The notes under the pieces were generated by a model that saw nothing but the letters and a program-made list of their open reading frames with translations, was not told the origin of the DNA and searched no databases. Source: Takakia lepidozioides (Eukaryota > Plantae > Bryophyta). From it: a stretch of DNA of 64,000 bases. Of the stretch, positions 1 to 11,499 are shown in pieces; position 1 is the stretch's first letter; the number at the start of each line of letters is the position of its first letter. The stretch spans positions 27,528,001 through 27,592,000 of the forward strand of contig CM060731.1 of assembly GCA_030704615.1 (NCBI GenBank), written 5' to 3'. The position numbers were made by a program, and so were the translations under genes.

Positions 1-100
1 AATCCAATGGTTATGAAAATCTGGGGAACGGAAAAAGACTCTTGAACTTCAAGGCATCACATTCCCAGCATGCTGACAACCAGACAGGGGAGATACTCAC

Positions 101-2206
101 ATTGATGACAATAACATTGGGACTCTCTCGGACTAAAGCCTTCTCATAATACTGGCTGCTGCCATCCTCACTCTCCTCGAATCGAAAGAGAACTTCCTCT
201 TGACCAACCTTTGTGAAATTGAATTTCTTTGGATCAAACGGCTGCAGCACTTGATCCACCCGAAACTCTGTTGGTCGCTTCTTGAGATGACGGCCTTCAT
301 TCAACTGTGCGATGAATCCATGCTCACCTGGGAGCACCTGCACCATCAAATCATCAATGAATGAGAACATGATTGTTAGCTGTTTTCTCCATATCTTTCT
401 GCATACAAAGGCTCGTATACTGTGCACATGAAGGTGAGATTGCTAGCCAAGCATGTTTATTGCACCAAGTAATCTGAGCCCAACACCAATGGGATTAACC
501 CCTCCTGAGACTCCAACAAATTCCAACAGCAGAAGAAACCCAATTGCACTTTCAGCATCGATCTCAAGCTACAAAACCCTCAGAGTGGTCATGACCAAAT
601 CTGGAAGCATTTTGCAAGACAAGCTAATTTTCCTCCTTTGCAGGCTTGGTGAGACTGGCAGACAATCCCACCAACATGGTGAGGGGATGGAGTTAAGGCA
701 GCAGTATTTCATCAAAATAATCTGGCAATCAAGGTGCTTCACCTACCACATCGACATTGCTGCCAGTTAATCAACAAACAAGCTGCAGCAATGCTAGAGA
801 ATGAGTATCTTCCATCAACTCTACCTGAATTGGTGGTTTCAGGTAAACAAAACGTATGAAACTATTAACTAACCCAACATTACATCCACTTTGGTGGATT
901 AAGTAGCACTGTGCCACAGCAGACCAAAACGCAAAACATAATCAAGAAGGGCAACTAAAATTAAGCGAATACCTTTGTCTCGCAGGCAGTCACGTCATAG
1001 CGGAAGAGACCTTTGCCCATGCGATCCTCCCACTGTTAAAATCCAGTCATGACAGAAGAAATGAATACGATTGGAACATGGATGCCAAAGTAATGAAGCA
1101 AGGTGGTTCACTCGGCATCTGTATAGACTGGTAAGTCTCAGACATGTCAAACACACAAAACCCACATATATGTCCATGAGCAAGTGCAAAGAAAACTCCA
1201 ATCCACACACTCCACCTATTACAATCTAGCAAAACATGCAAAAAAATCCTTGCGGATGTACTGCTTTCCCACATTTGACCAAAGTAGAGTAGCAGGAAAC
1301 AGAAGAGAAAGCAGCAGCATGCATAGGATAGATAAATTGCAAGCATTAACTAGAATTAAATGCTAACCTGTCCCAGTAGCAGGGAGTCCAAAAAGCGGTT
1401 TTCCAGGTCTGAATCGTTGGAGCCCTGACTGCCCATGTCAGGAAAATCATGAATATTGGGGACACATTGGACATCCCCATATGAGTTAACCTTCCTGGGC
1501 TTCACAGAATATCTTCTGCCAAACGTGTATAGTGGAAGCTTAGCTCCTGCACCCATAAGCAATCATTGGTTATGAAATGTGACCCATCGTAATCAGGAAA
1601 GTGGATGTTTCTCGCCAACCTGCTTACAACAAGGACTGCAGGTTTATTGGTAAACATGATGCTACACATTGCAACCAAAGAAGACACAGAAAATTTCTGG
1701 GGTTGGTAGACGGGACAGAGAAAAAATACAGATAAGCATCTAAATAACTCCTATACTAGCCCTAAAAGATTTACACAGCACAACTAGACGCAACCTAAAT
1801 GGTCCTGTTGCTGCTGCAAGACTCCTAGCACATGTCCACATATTCTTTTTGACTTTTATTATTTCAATTTCGACCTGCCAGGACCTTCACGACTTCATCA
1901 TCACTTCAAGCTACTACTTCAATCACCATTGGAAATCTCAGTGGAAATTTGGTACTTGAAGGCTCCCCAACAAGTTACCCACACATACTGTCAAAACATG
2001 ACACAGCTTTCTTCCCACCCCTCAAATGCCTCCCCAACCGAATCCCAGCATAGCACCATCCTGGAACTGTTGACAGAAATTATAGGGAGAGAAAAATCAC
2101 CAGGAATGCAACAGGTGCCGAGGCAGTCGCGGCCGCAACCCGCGACATGTTCCAAATCCTCCTGATTGATGGACACCACAGTTGCGACTCTGCGGATGGT
2201 CAGCAT
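101..2206 (-). CDS. VTC2: GDP-L-galactose phosphorylase (ascorbate biosynthesis), 5' four coding exons; the gene continues beyond the left edge of the window
   Basis: Exons 2206-2101 (MLTIRRVATVVSINQED...GCGRDCLGTCCIP), 1546-1368 (GAKLPLYTF...FLDSLLLGQ), 1032-973 (WEDRMGKGLFRYDVTACETK) and 337-101 (VLPGEHGFIAQLNEGRHLKKRPTEFRVDQVLQPFDPKKFNFTKVGQEEVLF...NVIVIN). All junctions are GT..AG and phase-consistent. The peptides match plant GGP/VTC2-VTC5 signatures. Confidence 0.95.
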
Positions 2207-2486
2207 TCTGACCCCAAACTCTCTCTTTGTGGTTCCTTGTTAAAGGAGCAAAAGAGAGACAACTCTCTCTCTCGTTCCTTGTGAAAGGAGCCGAAGAGAG
2301 AGAAAACTGTGGAGAATAACCTCCACCTGCCAAAGCAGAGAGGTCAGAGGGACGCCCACCCTCGGACGGGGCGGCGCCCCGGCCGCCGTGCAAAGAAGGT
2401 GAGCTCAAGAGAGAGTGACCACTCCGTTCCCCAAAGGCATGAGTATTCTCACTCAAAAGGACACGGGGCCTGCGATGCACAGCCGT
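2097..2486 (-). promoter_or_regulatory. Conserved non-AUG (ACG) upstream ORF of GGP, the ascorbate-feedback uORF
   Basis: The minus strand reads ATC ACG GCT GTG, with the ACG at 2486-2484. It is in frame with HGGRGAAPSEGGRPSDLSALAGGG, the conserved core of the plant GGP uORF peptide. The ORF track starts this frame two codons late, at GTG 2480. Confidence 0.9.
2217..2303. repeat. Two tandem ~44-bp self-complementary units in the GGP 5' leader
   Basis: Unit 1 is aactctctctttgtggttccttgttaaaggagcaaaagagagac (2217-2260) and unit 2 is aactctctctctcgttccttgtgaaaggagccgaagagagaga (2261-2303). Each has ctctct..agagag outer arms and tcctt..aagga inner arms. Confidence 0.75.
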
Positions 2487-3239
2487 GATGCCCCACTTTG
2501 GCCACCCTGATCAGTCCGTCCAGATAGTTTCCTCCAGCTCCACCTCCTAATCGAAACACACTCCTCCTTTGCCAGGGCTAATGGCCACAATTCACAGCTT
2601 ACTCTACAAGTCCCCCAAACCTGTCTCTCGGACCAAAAAAAACCGCTCGTCGCACCAGCACGACAAACAGGGATTACAAAAACACGCCCAGAAACCTATC
2701 CTCCAAGTTATGCGTTCCAATATTGAAAACAGGCCCGCAACTTCAGAACGGCCCTTCCTGTGAGAGAAACTAAAAAACCGAACACAGCAACTCTCCTCCA
2801 AACTCCTTGACCTTCAGTTGTGCAGAACAAAACTGCCGCTGCCTCCTCTCCCACCTCTGCGTCCTCGTTCTGGACCTTGCTCCACCTTTGTGCTGCAGCG
2901 AAAGTGCGGCAGATGCGAGGGCCTGCAGCACTAAGTATAAGGCAGGCGGGCAGAGTAGATTGTGAAAGTGCAATTCACCATCTCCTCGTCCCCTGCCCTG
3001 CCTGGACCATCCGGACACACGAGGTCTTCTCCTTCTAGCGTGTCTCATAACCACTGGTTCTAGTATATTTTTGACACTGCTATCATAGTAAGAGTTTACA
3101 TGGATGTGTACATCCATCCATAATTGTTTTCTGATATGTCTCGTCTTGAAAACTACTTCCGCAACCACAATAAATTCATCTTTAAGATAGTTTTTAAAAA
3201 AAGATAATTTGTTTTTTTAAAGATAAATAACATTTTTTA

Positions 3240-3560
3240 TTTTATTTTTTTGTTTTTGGGAAGGGGTCTGAGGCCCTGCTCGAACTTTATTTATAATTAT
3301 TGGAGGGAAAAAAGTTAAAACCCTCGGTTTAACAAATCATTAGTCAATCTTATTAGATAAATAACAGTACGATTTTTATTTTAATTTTTAATTTTTTTTC
3401 ACAGAACAGGGGACAGTGGCCCTGATACCTTTATTTATAATTAACAATACGAATTTAGCCTCAGATCACAATTATAGATGTATCTCTATTTTCAACTATT
3501 AATCTTTTTAATTACCGTTTTTTTTTTTTTTGGGTGAAAGGGGATGGAGGCCCTTGTATC
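3240..3560 (-). repeat. Three short poly(T)-led repeat fragments (gaa-ggggac-ggccct), possibly retroposon 3' ends
   Basis: A T-run is followed by gaaggggtctgaggccctg (~3260), gaacaggggacagtggccctg (~3404) and gaaaggggatggaggccctt (~3536). A further copy is at ~24623. Confidence 0.4.
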
Positions 3561-4221
3561 GTTACACCTCTATGATGATATAAATAAATAGGATTTGAGT
3601 GATTACATATCCTCATCATTTTCACCTGCATGGTTTTCAGCAAGTTCACTTAAAGGCTTTTGAAATAGCAATATCTGCTTTCATCCATAATAACATTACT
3701 CAAAAATGAAGTTTATATCACCTTATAAATCTTCAGAGTCAATCATTTCCATGATCATTGTTCCATTCTTTTTTTCTTTTTTTCTTTATCATTTATTCTA
3801 CAACCAATTGCACTCAGGCTTTATACGAGGATCCAAACAAAAGGATGATATTCACATTTCTTTATTCTTTATTTTTATTTAAGAAGCCATGGAATTGACA
3901 CATTAGTTCTTAAGAATGAAAACTTTCACCGACATATATTATGGCCAGACTCACAAGCTAGATAATAGTTAAAAATAAAAATAAAAATAGTTAATTCGTC
4001 CTTCACATTTACACAGGAATAAATATGGTTGGAGCAGTAGGCAACAGCCAATCAACTAGTAGTCCGGTGCTCTATAACAGTAGGTAACACTCATTGGAAC
4101 ACTGTGTCTTCTTCACTTCTAAACACAAATGGGGCCTTGAGTCTCAAGTCGCCTAAATATATACTGAATGTGTAATCATCTAATCCTGGCAAAGACAAGG
4201 GCAGGCAGTTCTTGCATTTGT

Positions 4222-4947
4222 GAAGGAACCTTTCGGTTCCACAATTATTTCAAGAGACGGTTCCGGATCTGACTCTGGGATTTGTTTTTATTGAGCCGGT
4301 TCCGGATCCAACTTTTAAACATGGGGGCGTTTCGGGTTACCGGTTAGTTGCTGAAAAAAGCCACTGGTTCCGGTTAGGTTTCGGTTCTATTTTAAAACAT
4401 ATTTAATTAATGTAAGTTTAAAAATATTCTATCAGTCTGGGAAATTAGTTGGTTCATTAAGTAGTCGTTGGATTTTATTAGTTTTCATTAAAACAAAAAT
4501 ACACTAGAAAAACGTGTAAAAGAAAATAGATAAAATTTTGTGGGTTTGAAGTTTGAAACTACTACTTATGGTTTGAGCTATCTTAATGTATTGGCTTATG
4601 CTAACAATTTGATTGAGGAACGCAGGACTCTCAAGGATTGAACATTGAACCCACGAGCTCAAGGGTTGAATTCAACCAAAGATCTCATGGAGTTAAAGAG
4701 GTTTTGCCATGGGGGCCCACCACACATACACATGTGAGGGATTGCGCCATGTTTATGCCAAGGCCCACCTAGGCTTTTGGGAGGACCCAAGAACCGGAAC
4801 TCCAAACAAATTTTACCCCAGTCGCCCGGTTCTTGCAGTGGTGAATCCAGGCAGGAACCGCTTGTCGGGTCCCGTGTGGGTCAGCGGTTAATTATAACCA
4901 GAACTGGGCGGTTAACCGGGGTCCAGGCGGTTAACCGCCCAACACTG
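4222..4947. mobile_element. Truncated non-autonomous hAT-like element
   Basis: The right terminus is ...ggcggttaaccgcccaacactg (4947), the same CAGTGTTGG end as the MITE at 9533. CGGTT subterminal repeats at 4234-4390 mirror AACCG repeats at 4790-4940. No left TIR was found. Confidence 0.5.
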
Positions 4948-5344
4948 GTATATTCCATTATCATGTGCTTTTCCTCTCAAAAAATGAAATCCAAATTCTT
5001 CGAATTAAAGCCTGGTGTAAAATATTTTTATTTTTATTTTTTGCATATTCAATTACTACTCTGTCTCCACAGGTAGTAATCACCATGGGGTTATTTTTTC
5101 GTGCTGTATGCAGTTGGCCTTTTTTTCAATTTTTTTAATTGCTTATGGAATTTCGGACAGAGGCCCAAAAGAAGCAATTGGCCTTCGATTTTTTTTATAA
5201 TTTTTTCTATAAACATATTTGTATATGGAAATATCTGTATATAAAAGTTTACATATTCATATACAATCAATGTAAAAGTAGTAGATTAACCTGCTGCTGG
5301 TAGCTCAACTAGATAGTGCACTGCCTATCACCCTTGGTGGTATG

Positions 5345-5609
5345 CAGTGTTTTTTTTTTTGGCCAAAAATCGCCAAATGGCGACCTCAAAACATTAAAAT
5401 GAAATATTCTGTCGTAAATTCCCAGTTTTTTCATGGATAAAATCGCCAAACCTCTACAATGGAGAAAAAAACAATGGATGATTTCGCCAAATGTGGATGA
5501 AAGTACATAGGTGGATGATTCTATCCAAATTTTCAATGGATGAACAGAATATATAGCTATTTCCTGTAGCCACACGTGCTATTTTTCAAATTTAAGAAAA
5601 AAATCACTG
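5345..5609. mobile_element. hAT-type MITE, 265 bp
   Basis: The TIRs are CAGTGTTTTTTT and AAAAAAATCACTG. A perfect 8-bp TSD, GTGGTATG, sits at 5337-5344 and 5610-5617. Internal TCGCCAAA motifs are present. Confidence 0.9.
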
Positions 5610-5933
5610 GTGGTATGGTGCTCAAATCTATCTACTTTGTCCTGCGGGTATGTATGGTTTTGTGACCGGTCGGTCTGGGGGTGACATTCCCCCTCTTGTG
5701 CCCTGTGGCTTATATGAAAGGAGGTTAATTTTTCCCTCCTCTAAGACCTGAATTGTGAGCAGTGGCTCCCAATCCCCTTTAATAAATAATAGATATATAA
5801 TTCTCCCTCATCAAGAAAAGGTCTGAATTGTCGTATTGAATGGCATCGCTCCTTCCTATAAAAATGTTTAATCCCAAATTCTTAAGTCCATCTAATTGTC
5901 TTTCCATTGAATCTATTTTTTCGTGCATTCAGG

Positions 5934-6158
5934 CAGCGTTTTTTATATTGGCGAATTTTCGCCAGATTTCGACCTCAAAAAATAAAATGGGATATTCTGT
6001 CGCAAATGCCCTGTTTTTACGTGGATGAAATCGCCAAATTTCTCCAAATAAAAAATAAATTATGGATGATATAAATGGATTATGTTACAGATGTGGATGA
6101 ACAGAATGTACCTCTATTTTCTCCAAAACGTTTGCAAATTTCTTAAGAAAACACACCG
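5934..6158. mobile_element. Older copy of the same MITE family
   Basis: It starts cagcgttttt and ends aaaacacaccg, and shares the ttcgccag/gacctcaaaa/atattctgtcg core with 5345-5609. The flanks share ATTCAG, a degenerate TSD. Confidence 0.65.
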
Positions 6159-9100
6159 ATTCAGTGCCGACTAATTTTACGCCTTTTTATTGCTGGAAAA
6201 AATAATATGACATGGTATAATTTACAGGAACTAGAGGTCCGTCCTCTGCTTTTTCCCTAAAATGCATGTTTTAATTAATAAAAATTAAGTATACTCAATA
6301 TGTGGACAATAATTGGAGCGCAGGCAGGCAGGCAGGTACCTGAGTACCTTCCCTGAGTACCTGCAGCAGCAGAGCGGTAACGGGATTTGGTTTGACGTAA
6401 CGGACAAAGCAATGTGGAGCGGGCCCCACAACAGCACCCGGTGGATCCCCGGGTATCTCTTGATCCCTTAGCGGTGCCACTAAGGGCGACTTGACCTAAT
6501 TGGTGGCTGGGAACGCGGTTCCAGAAATGGACAGAAGCTGTGGCAGGCCAGCATCCCCTTGGACGGATTCTGACCGGCCCCGATGGATGGGGACATGATC
6601 TGACGAAACTGTGGGGTAACATCCGGACTCACCTTTTCCACGTCATGGCGACGGTGGCCCTTCACCACATATTGTTGTGGTAGCCACGCATCTGACTTTT
6701 TACATTCTTTTGTTCTTTGTTCTTTTTGTTTTTTTTTTTAGAGAAAGGGAGTTCTGTTTTATTTGTTTATACCAGGATTTTACATTATTATTATTCTATA
6801 ATTATACCAAATTATCCCAAGTAGAACCCTCATTGTGAATACGACATGGAATTGACATGACAGAGAGATTTGAAGTCATATTCGAAGTGAGGGAAACTTA
6901 TCAACTATTAGCGAGCCTGACTCGAGTAGTTTGATCAAAAACAAAAAACAAAAACAAAACAGTAGATTCCTTGATTTTCGTGGGAGAAGCTTCGCCGTCA
7001 CCTGCGTACACAGGCTTGTCGGCTACTGCGACCACATGTATTTTTTTTACTGTAGATATCGGTACGGTTATTTTCGATCGACCAATATACTTATACTATA
7101 TATATGTGTGTTGGTATGGAGATACAAGAGGTTGAAGATAAACCTTAGATCCGTTTGGATCGAACGCTCAACCTTGGTTTGACAATTCAACGAGCAAAGT
7201 GGACCACATGCAATGAACTCATTCAGTGACGCGTCGTGCCTGCTAACCTGCCTTGGTGTAGGAATTTTCAATGTAGGTATCACATTCATCCATCCTCGTA
7301 AGTAAGTAGTTTGTTCTCAATAATAATAACAATGATGCATTCGGATCTAAGAAATCAATGAAAAACCGGAAGGCAGTAGCCCTTCTGGGTCAAGTGACAC
7401 CATAAGTTACGCTTGCTTCGGCAACGCGTCCACCTTTTTTTTTATCAATGAAAAACAATTAGGTGACAGAAATGCATAAGCCCCAGGCTGGGTGCCATGT
7501 GTACATTGTACATTCGTGGGTGGTACACCTAACTTACATAGCGGCTCTTTTCTTTTTTCTTTTTTTTTTTCTTTGAGGGGAAGGCCGATGGGAGGCTCTT
7601 ATTTAGACTAGCTTCGGCTATATACATAACGGCTTTTTTGCAAGGCAAAAAAGGATCTTAGTCCCTTCCTCAGTCTTCTTCACTTTGAAAAATAACAAGC
7701 CCCAAACTGTGATGGGCTCTCTTGCTTGGGCAAAACATAAGAGGAAGGTAAACGGGGTATGACTGAGCACAAAACAGCAATCAGGAGCTTTGCATTTTAA
7801 AGGTCCTTTGACCACATTTTCTTGGGTGACTTGAACATGATGCCTAGTCTCTCTATGTACAAGAGAGCCAACAAATTGTCTTTCCTTCCCCAAAGCGCGG
7901 CAGTACCACGTGCGAGTTCTCCCGATGTGCCTTCAGGGGAGGCTATACTCCAATCTGAGCCATAAAGCCTACAGCCCAGCCCAGGGTTTGAACCCTGGAC
8001 CCACACGCAGAATATACAGTTATTTTTCTTGTTCTTAGAAAACGAAAAAATTATTTCAAGTGGGGAAATAAAACCCTATGTGAGGGACAATTTTGTATAG
8101 CCTCGCAACCTTAAATTAATAGCATCTTCAATACACACACGCTCTAGGCCGTAGATACAAGGAAAGGGTCACCCCATGCCGTCCCTCCATGTGGTCAACC
8201 CTGACCAAAAGATGTCATGACCGGTTTTGATCGTCCGCCGGGCACTTCTATTTGGAAAACCCGGACCCAAACCCTATCTCAGGTTTGATCTCCCAACTCT
8301 CTGTGAAAAGCTGGAAGTTGGGAGATCGGGTCCGATCTCTTGTGTGTGAAACACGGGTGGAATGTGTGAAAAGCACACGTGGAAGAAGGAGACCAGTAGG
8401 CAACATGCTCAACTTGGGAGATCGGTTGGCTACATGGACAAACCCATGCGACACAAGTCAACGGTCGGGCCTTTGGTCAAACCCATTCCAACGATGATAT
8501 CATTATATCATCTGAAGGGGTTGGGTCTACATGGAAATAGACTCTAGTTAGGACCCAGGGTCTGTTGCCTTCTCCAGCGGCAGATCCACCCACACCCCAA
8601 GGTCCACCGCCTTGACCTCGCAGTAGACGAACCTTAGTCTGCCAAATTTGTCGGGACTTCGAATTGTCTCCAATTCCTGCCGCCTTATCCAGGCGGTAGA
8701 TCCACCTTAGCCGAAGGACTTCAATTTTTTATTGGAGTTTCTGTAATCTCAAAAAATTGTAGTTTGACTTCAATATAATAACAAATCACTCTTCTCAAGG
8801 TTTGAGCTCAAGACCACTGAACTATACACCAGGCTACTCACTACTCACAAACCAACATTAGAAAGCTTATTTGCTTTATAAATATATGACGCTAGCCAGA
8901 GCTAGTTTTAAAATAAGAGCCTCTTCCCCTTGCGGGTGCTGCCCCTTGCGGGGTGGGCTCTATGGAAACCGAAATCAGTTAAGGGGTCATCTTCACATGT
9001 ACTAATTATCATGTTAAAGGAGAAACCAAATAGAGAATGACATGGAGATCAATCAAATAGTGTTGCATGAGCAACCACAAATACCGAAAGTTAGTGAAAT

Positions 9101-9342
9101 TCATAAGTTGGATCACAATCAAGGAGAATATACTTGGAGGAAACCAGATTTCAATCCATTAATATGAAAGACGGATCAAGGTGGGAACCAAAGCAAACAA
9201 AGAGATCAAATGAAGAAGTTGCGTTATACATTGAGTCTATTTTGGTATCAAAATAACTAGACTGCCAATAGTACCCCTGGAGCAAATGGAGTTAGATGTG
9301 AGAGAGTGATTGGAAAGGCCTAGTGTTCGTGAACCATTGTTT

Positions 9343-10585
9343 GAAAACAAGGCCTAACCCAGCTTGTGGCAGACCATACATGAGGGACATAATAGGTTTC
9401 TGACAATATTTAATGCATGGAAATCACAAATTGAATAGTGAACATCTAAGAACAAATTTCATAGAATTCCGACTGAAGATGTGTTGGAAACCTAGTTTTA
9501 ATGAATCAAGGTTTGCAAAACAAGGCCCTAACCAGTGTTGGACTGGTATCAAGTTTTTTACATACCAGACTGGTCCTGGTACCAGGCGTATCACAAAACT
9601 TTCATACCAGTCTGGTCTCTATAATGGTGGATGTATTTTTTTCCAGATACTGGTATGAAGATGAGTATCATGACCACAATACCAGCAGGTATGAGATATC
9701 AACTCTAGTATCATTCCAAAGCCATCTTGAGTTACAAATTTATCAAGTGGCAAGTTTCAAGTGAAAACAAATAAAATATACATAAGAAGTAAATATACAT
9801 AAGTACAAATATATAGGCATATGTACACATAAATTAATTCAGTATACATACCAGAGTAAATGAGGAAGACGATGGGGGAGTACGGGTATTGTGGCTGGTA
9901 TGAAAGAATTGATACCAGCCTGGTCTGGTATCTGACCAAGTACTCTCCCAAATGATACCAGACTGGTCTGGTATCTAATACCAGTGCATATACCAGTATT
10001 ATGTACTAGTCCTTCACCTATATACCAGTCCAACACTGGCCCTAACCCTAAAAATGACAAGTGCAACCTATGGAAGGCCATAGATAAGGGACAAATATAT
10101 ATTTTTCCAATATTTCAGTCCAAGGCAGTCAAAAATTAAACGTCTGAGGACAAATATTTCTGACTTTAGATGTCACGGTCAGAAATCTAGTTTTAGTAAA
10201 TCAAGATTTGAAAACAAGACCTAACCCTAAAAATGACAAGCTAAGCCTGTGGGAGACCATAAAGAAAGGACAAAATGTTCTTTTCTTCAATGTCCCAATG
10301 CACGGTAATCACAAATTCGATAACAAACATCTAAGAACAAATTTAAATTTCGACTTAAGATGTGGTCAGAAACTTAGTTTTAGTGAATCAAGGTGAATTG
10401 AAATCAAAGCATAACCAAATGACAAGTGCAGTATGTGGAAGGCCATAGATAAGGGATATAACATTTTCTTTTTAATGATTCAATGCACAATCACAAATTC
10501 AATAACGAACATCTTAGAACAAATTTGAATTTCGACTTTAGATGTGGTCAGAAATCCAGTATAGAGAATCAAGGTTTGAAATCAT
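9343..10585 (+). repeat. Degenerate tandem repeat, ~180-190-bp unit, about 4 copies, interrupted by a MITE
   Basis: The recurring block aaaacaaggcctaaccc...gtgg.agaccata...ggaca...aatcacaaatt...aacatctaagaacaaattt...gactt.agatgtggtcagaaa...gaatcaagg starts near 9345, 9518/10039, 10211 and 10400. Confidence 0.75.
9533..10038. mobile_element. hAT-type MITE, 506 bp
   Basis: The perfect 17-bp TIR is CAGTGTTGGACTGGTAT. A perfect 8-bp TSD, GCCCTAAC, sits at 9525-9532 and 10039-10046. There are many internal ATACCAG/CTGGTAT subterminal repeats. Confidence 0.92.
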
Positions 10586-11499
10586 GAAGGACATCCTCAA
10601 GTTACTCACTTTGTCCTCTAACCATCATAGACATGTCAATAGGAATGTTATCTGGCCAACCAACGGGGAGAACGGCAGCCAGTTACATGCTAGCCAAGTG
10701 GTTTCCAGGAATTTCCGAATGATAAATGAAACCTTAGGAAAAGGAACAGAGGTAAAAAATGGTATAAGAGGAAATGTACTGGGTTCTTTGCTGATAGGAA
10801 GGATTTTTGCCTTTCCATATCATTACATACCGGAAATTTGCCTTAGTTGGCAAGGCCTGCACGGATTCCCGGCCGTTCTTATATTTTGAGAAAAAAGAAA
10901 TGGCCGTTGATTTCTGCCACGTGGCGGAAACCCAACATGCCAGGCCGGTTTACATCCGATGGAGGGCGTTTGGGATAGAAAAATATTGAATTGAAGAGGT
11001 TGGGGGCAAAATCGGACCTCACTTACTCCCGCAGCCCCATGCATGCTTGAGCCTACTACCACAACTCACATGCCCACACCCCGTCGCCCGGGCGAGCTTC
11101 GCACTTGCCATTGGTTGCCTACTCAGTGCTGTCATCACTCGTTTGCCTAGGCTGCTGCCCCTGCACCCCACTTGTGCCAATTTTTTTTCATTTTGGCCGC
11201 CCTATCTTGTGCTAGGTGTTGCCCCCACTTGGAACGTCTCTTGTTCATTAGCTCCTTTGATGATTTTTTACCTTTCTTTATTGCAATTTTTGTGCTCAAC
11301 CCCTTTGATGATCGTTGGCCTTTCATTGTTGCAATTTCCGTGCTCTTTATTGTATTTTGTAAGGTCTTGGCTATGGCCAAGCGCCCAATGAATCTAAGAA
11401 ATATGTTATTTAGGGTTGGTCGCAATGGTGATTGTGATGAGGAGTCTCCTTCTATTGTCCCCTCTGCCTCATCTTCAAGTGGTAGACAATCCATCTAGT

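Noticed and set aside
2770-3168. ORF upstream of GGP and other short intergenic or antisense ORFs (e.g. 6275-6622, 48914-49383)
   Set aside because: No recognisable domain or splice support. They overlap promoter or leader sequence, or GC-rich repeat arms.
7880-8010. tRNA genes suggested by B-box-like GGTTCAAACCC motifs (also ~24835 and ~25495)
   Set aside because: No cloverleaf can be built. At most these are decayed SINE heads.
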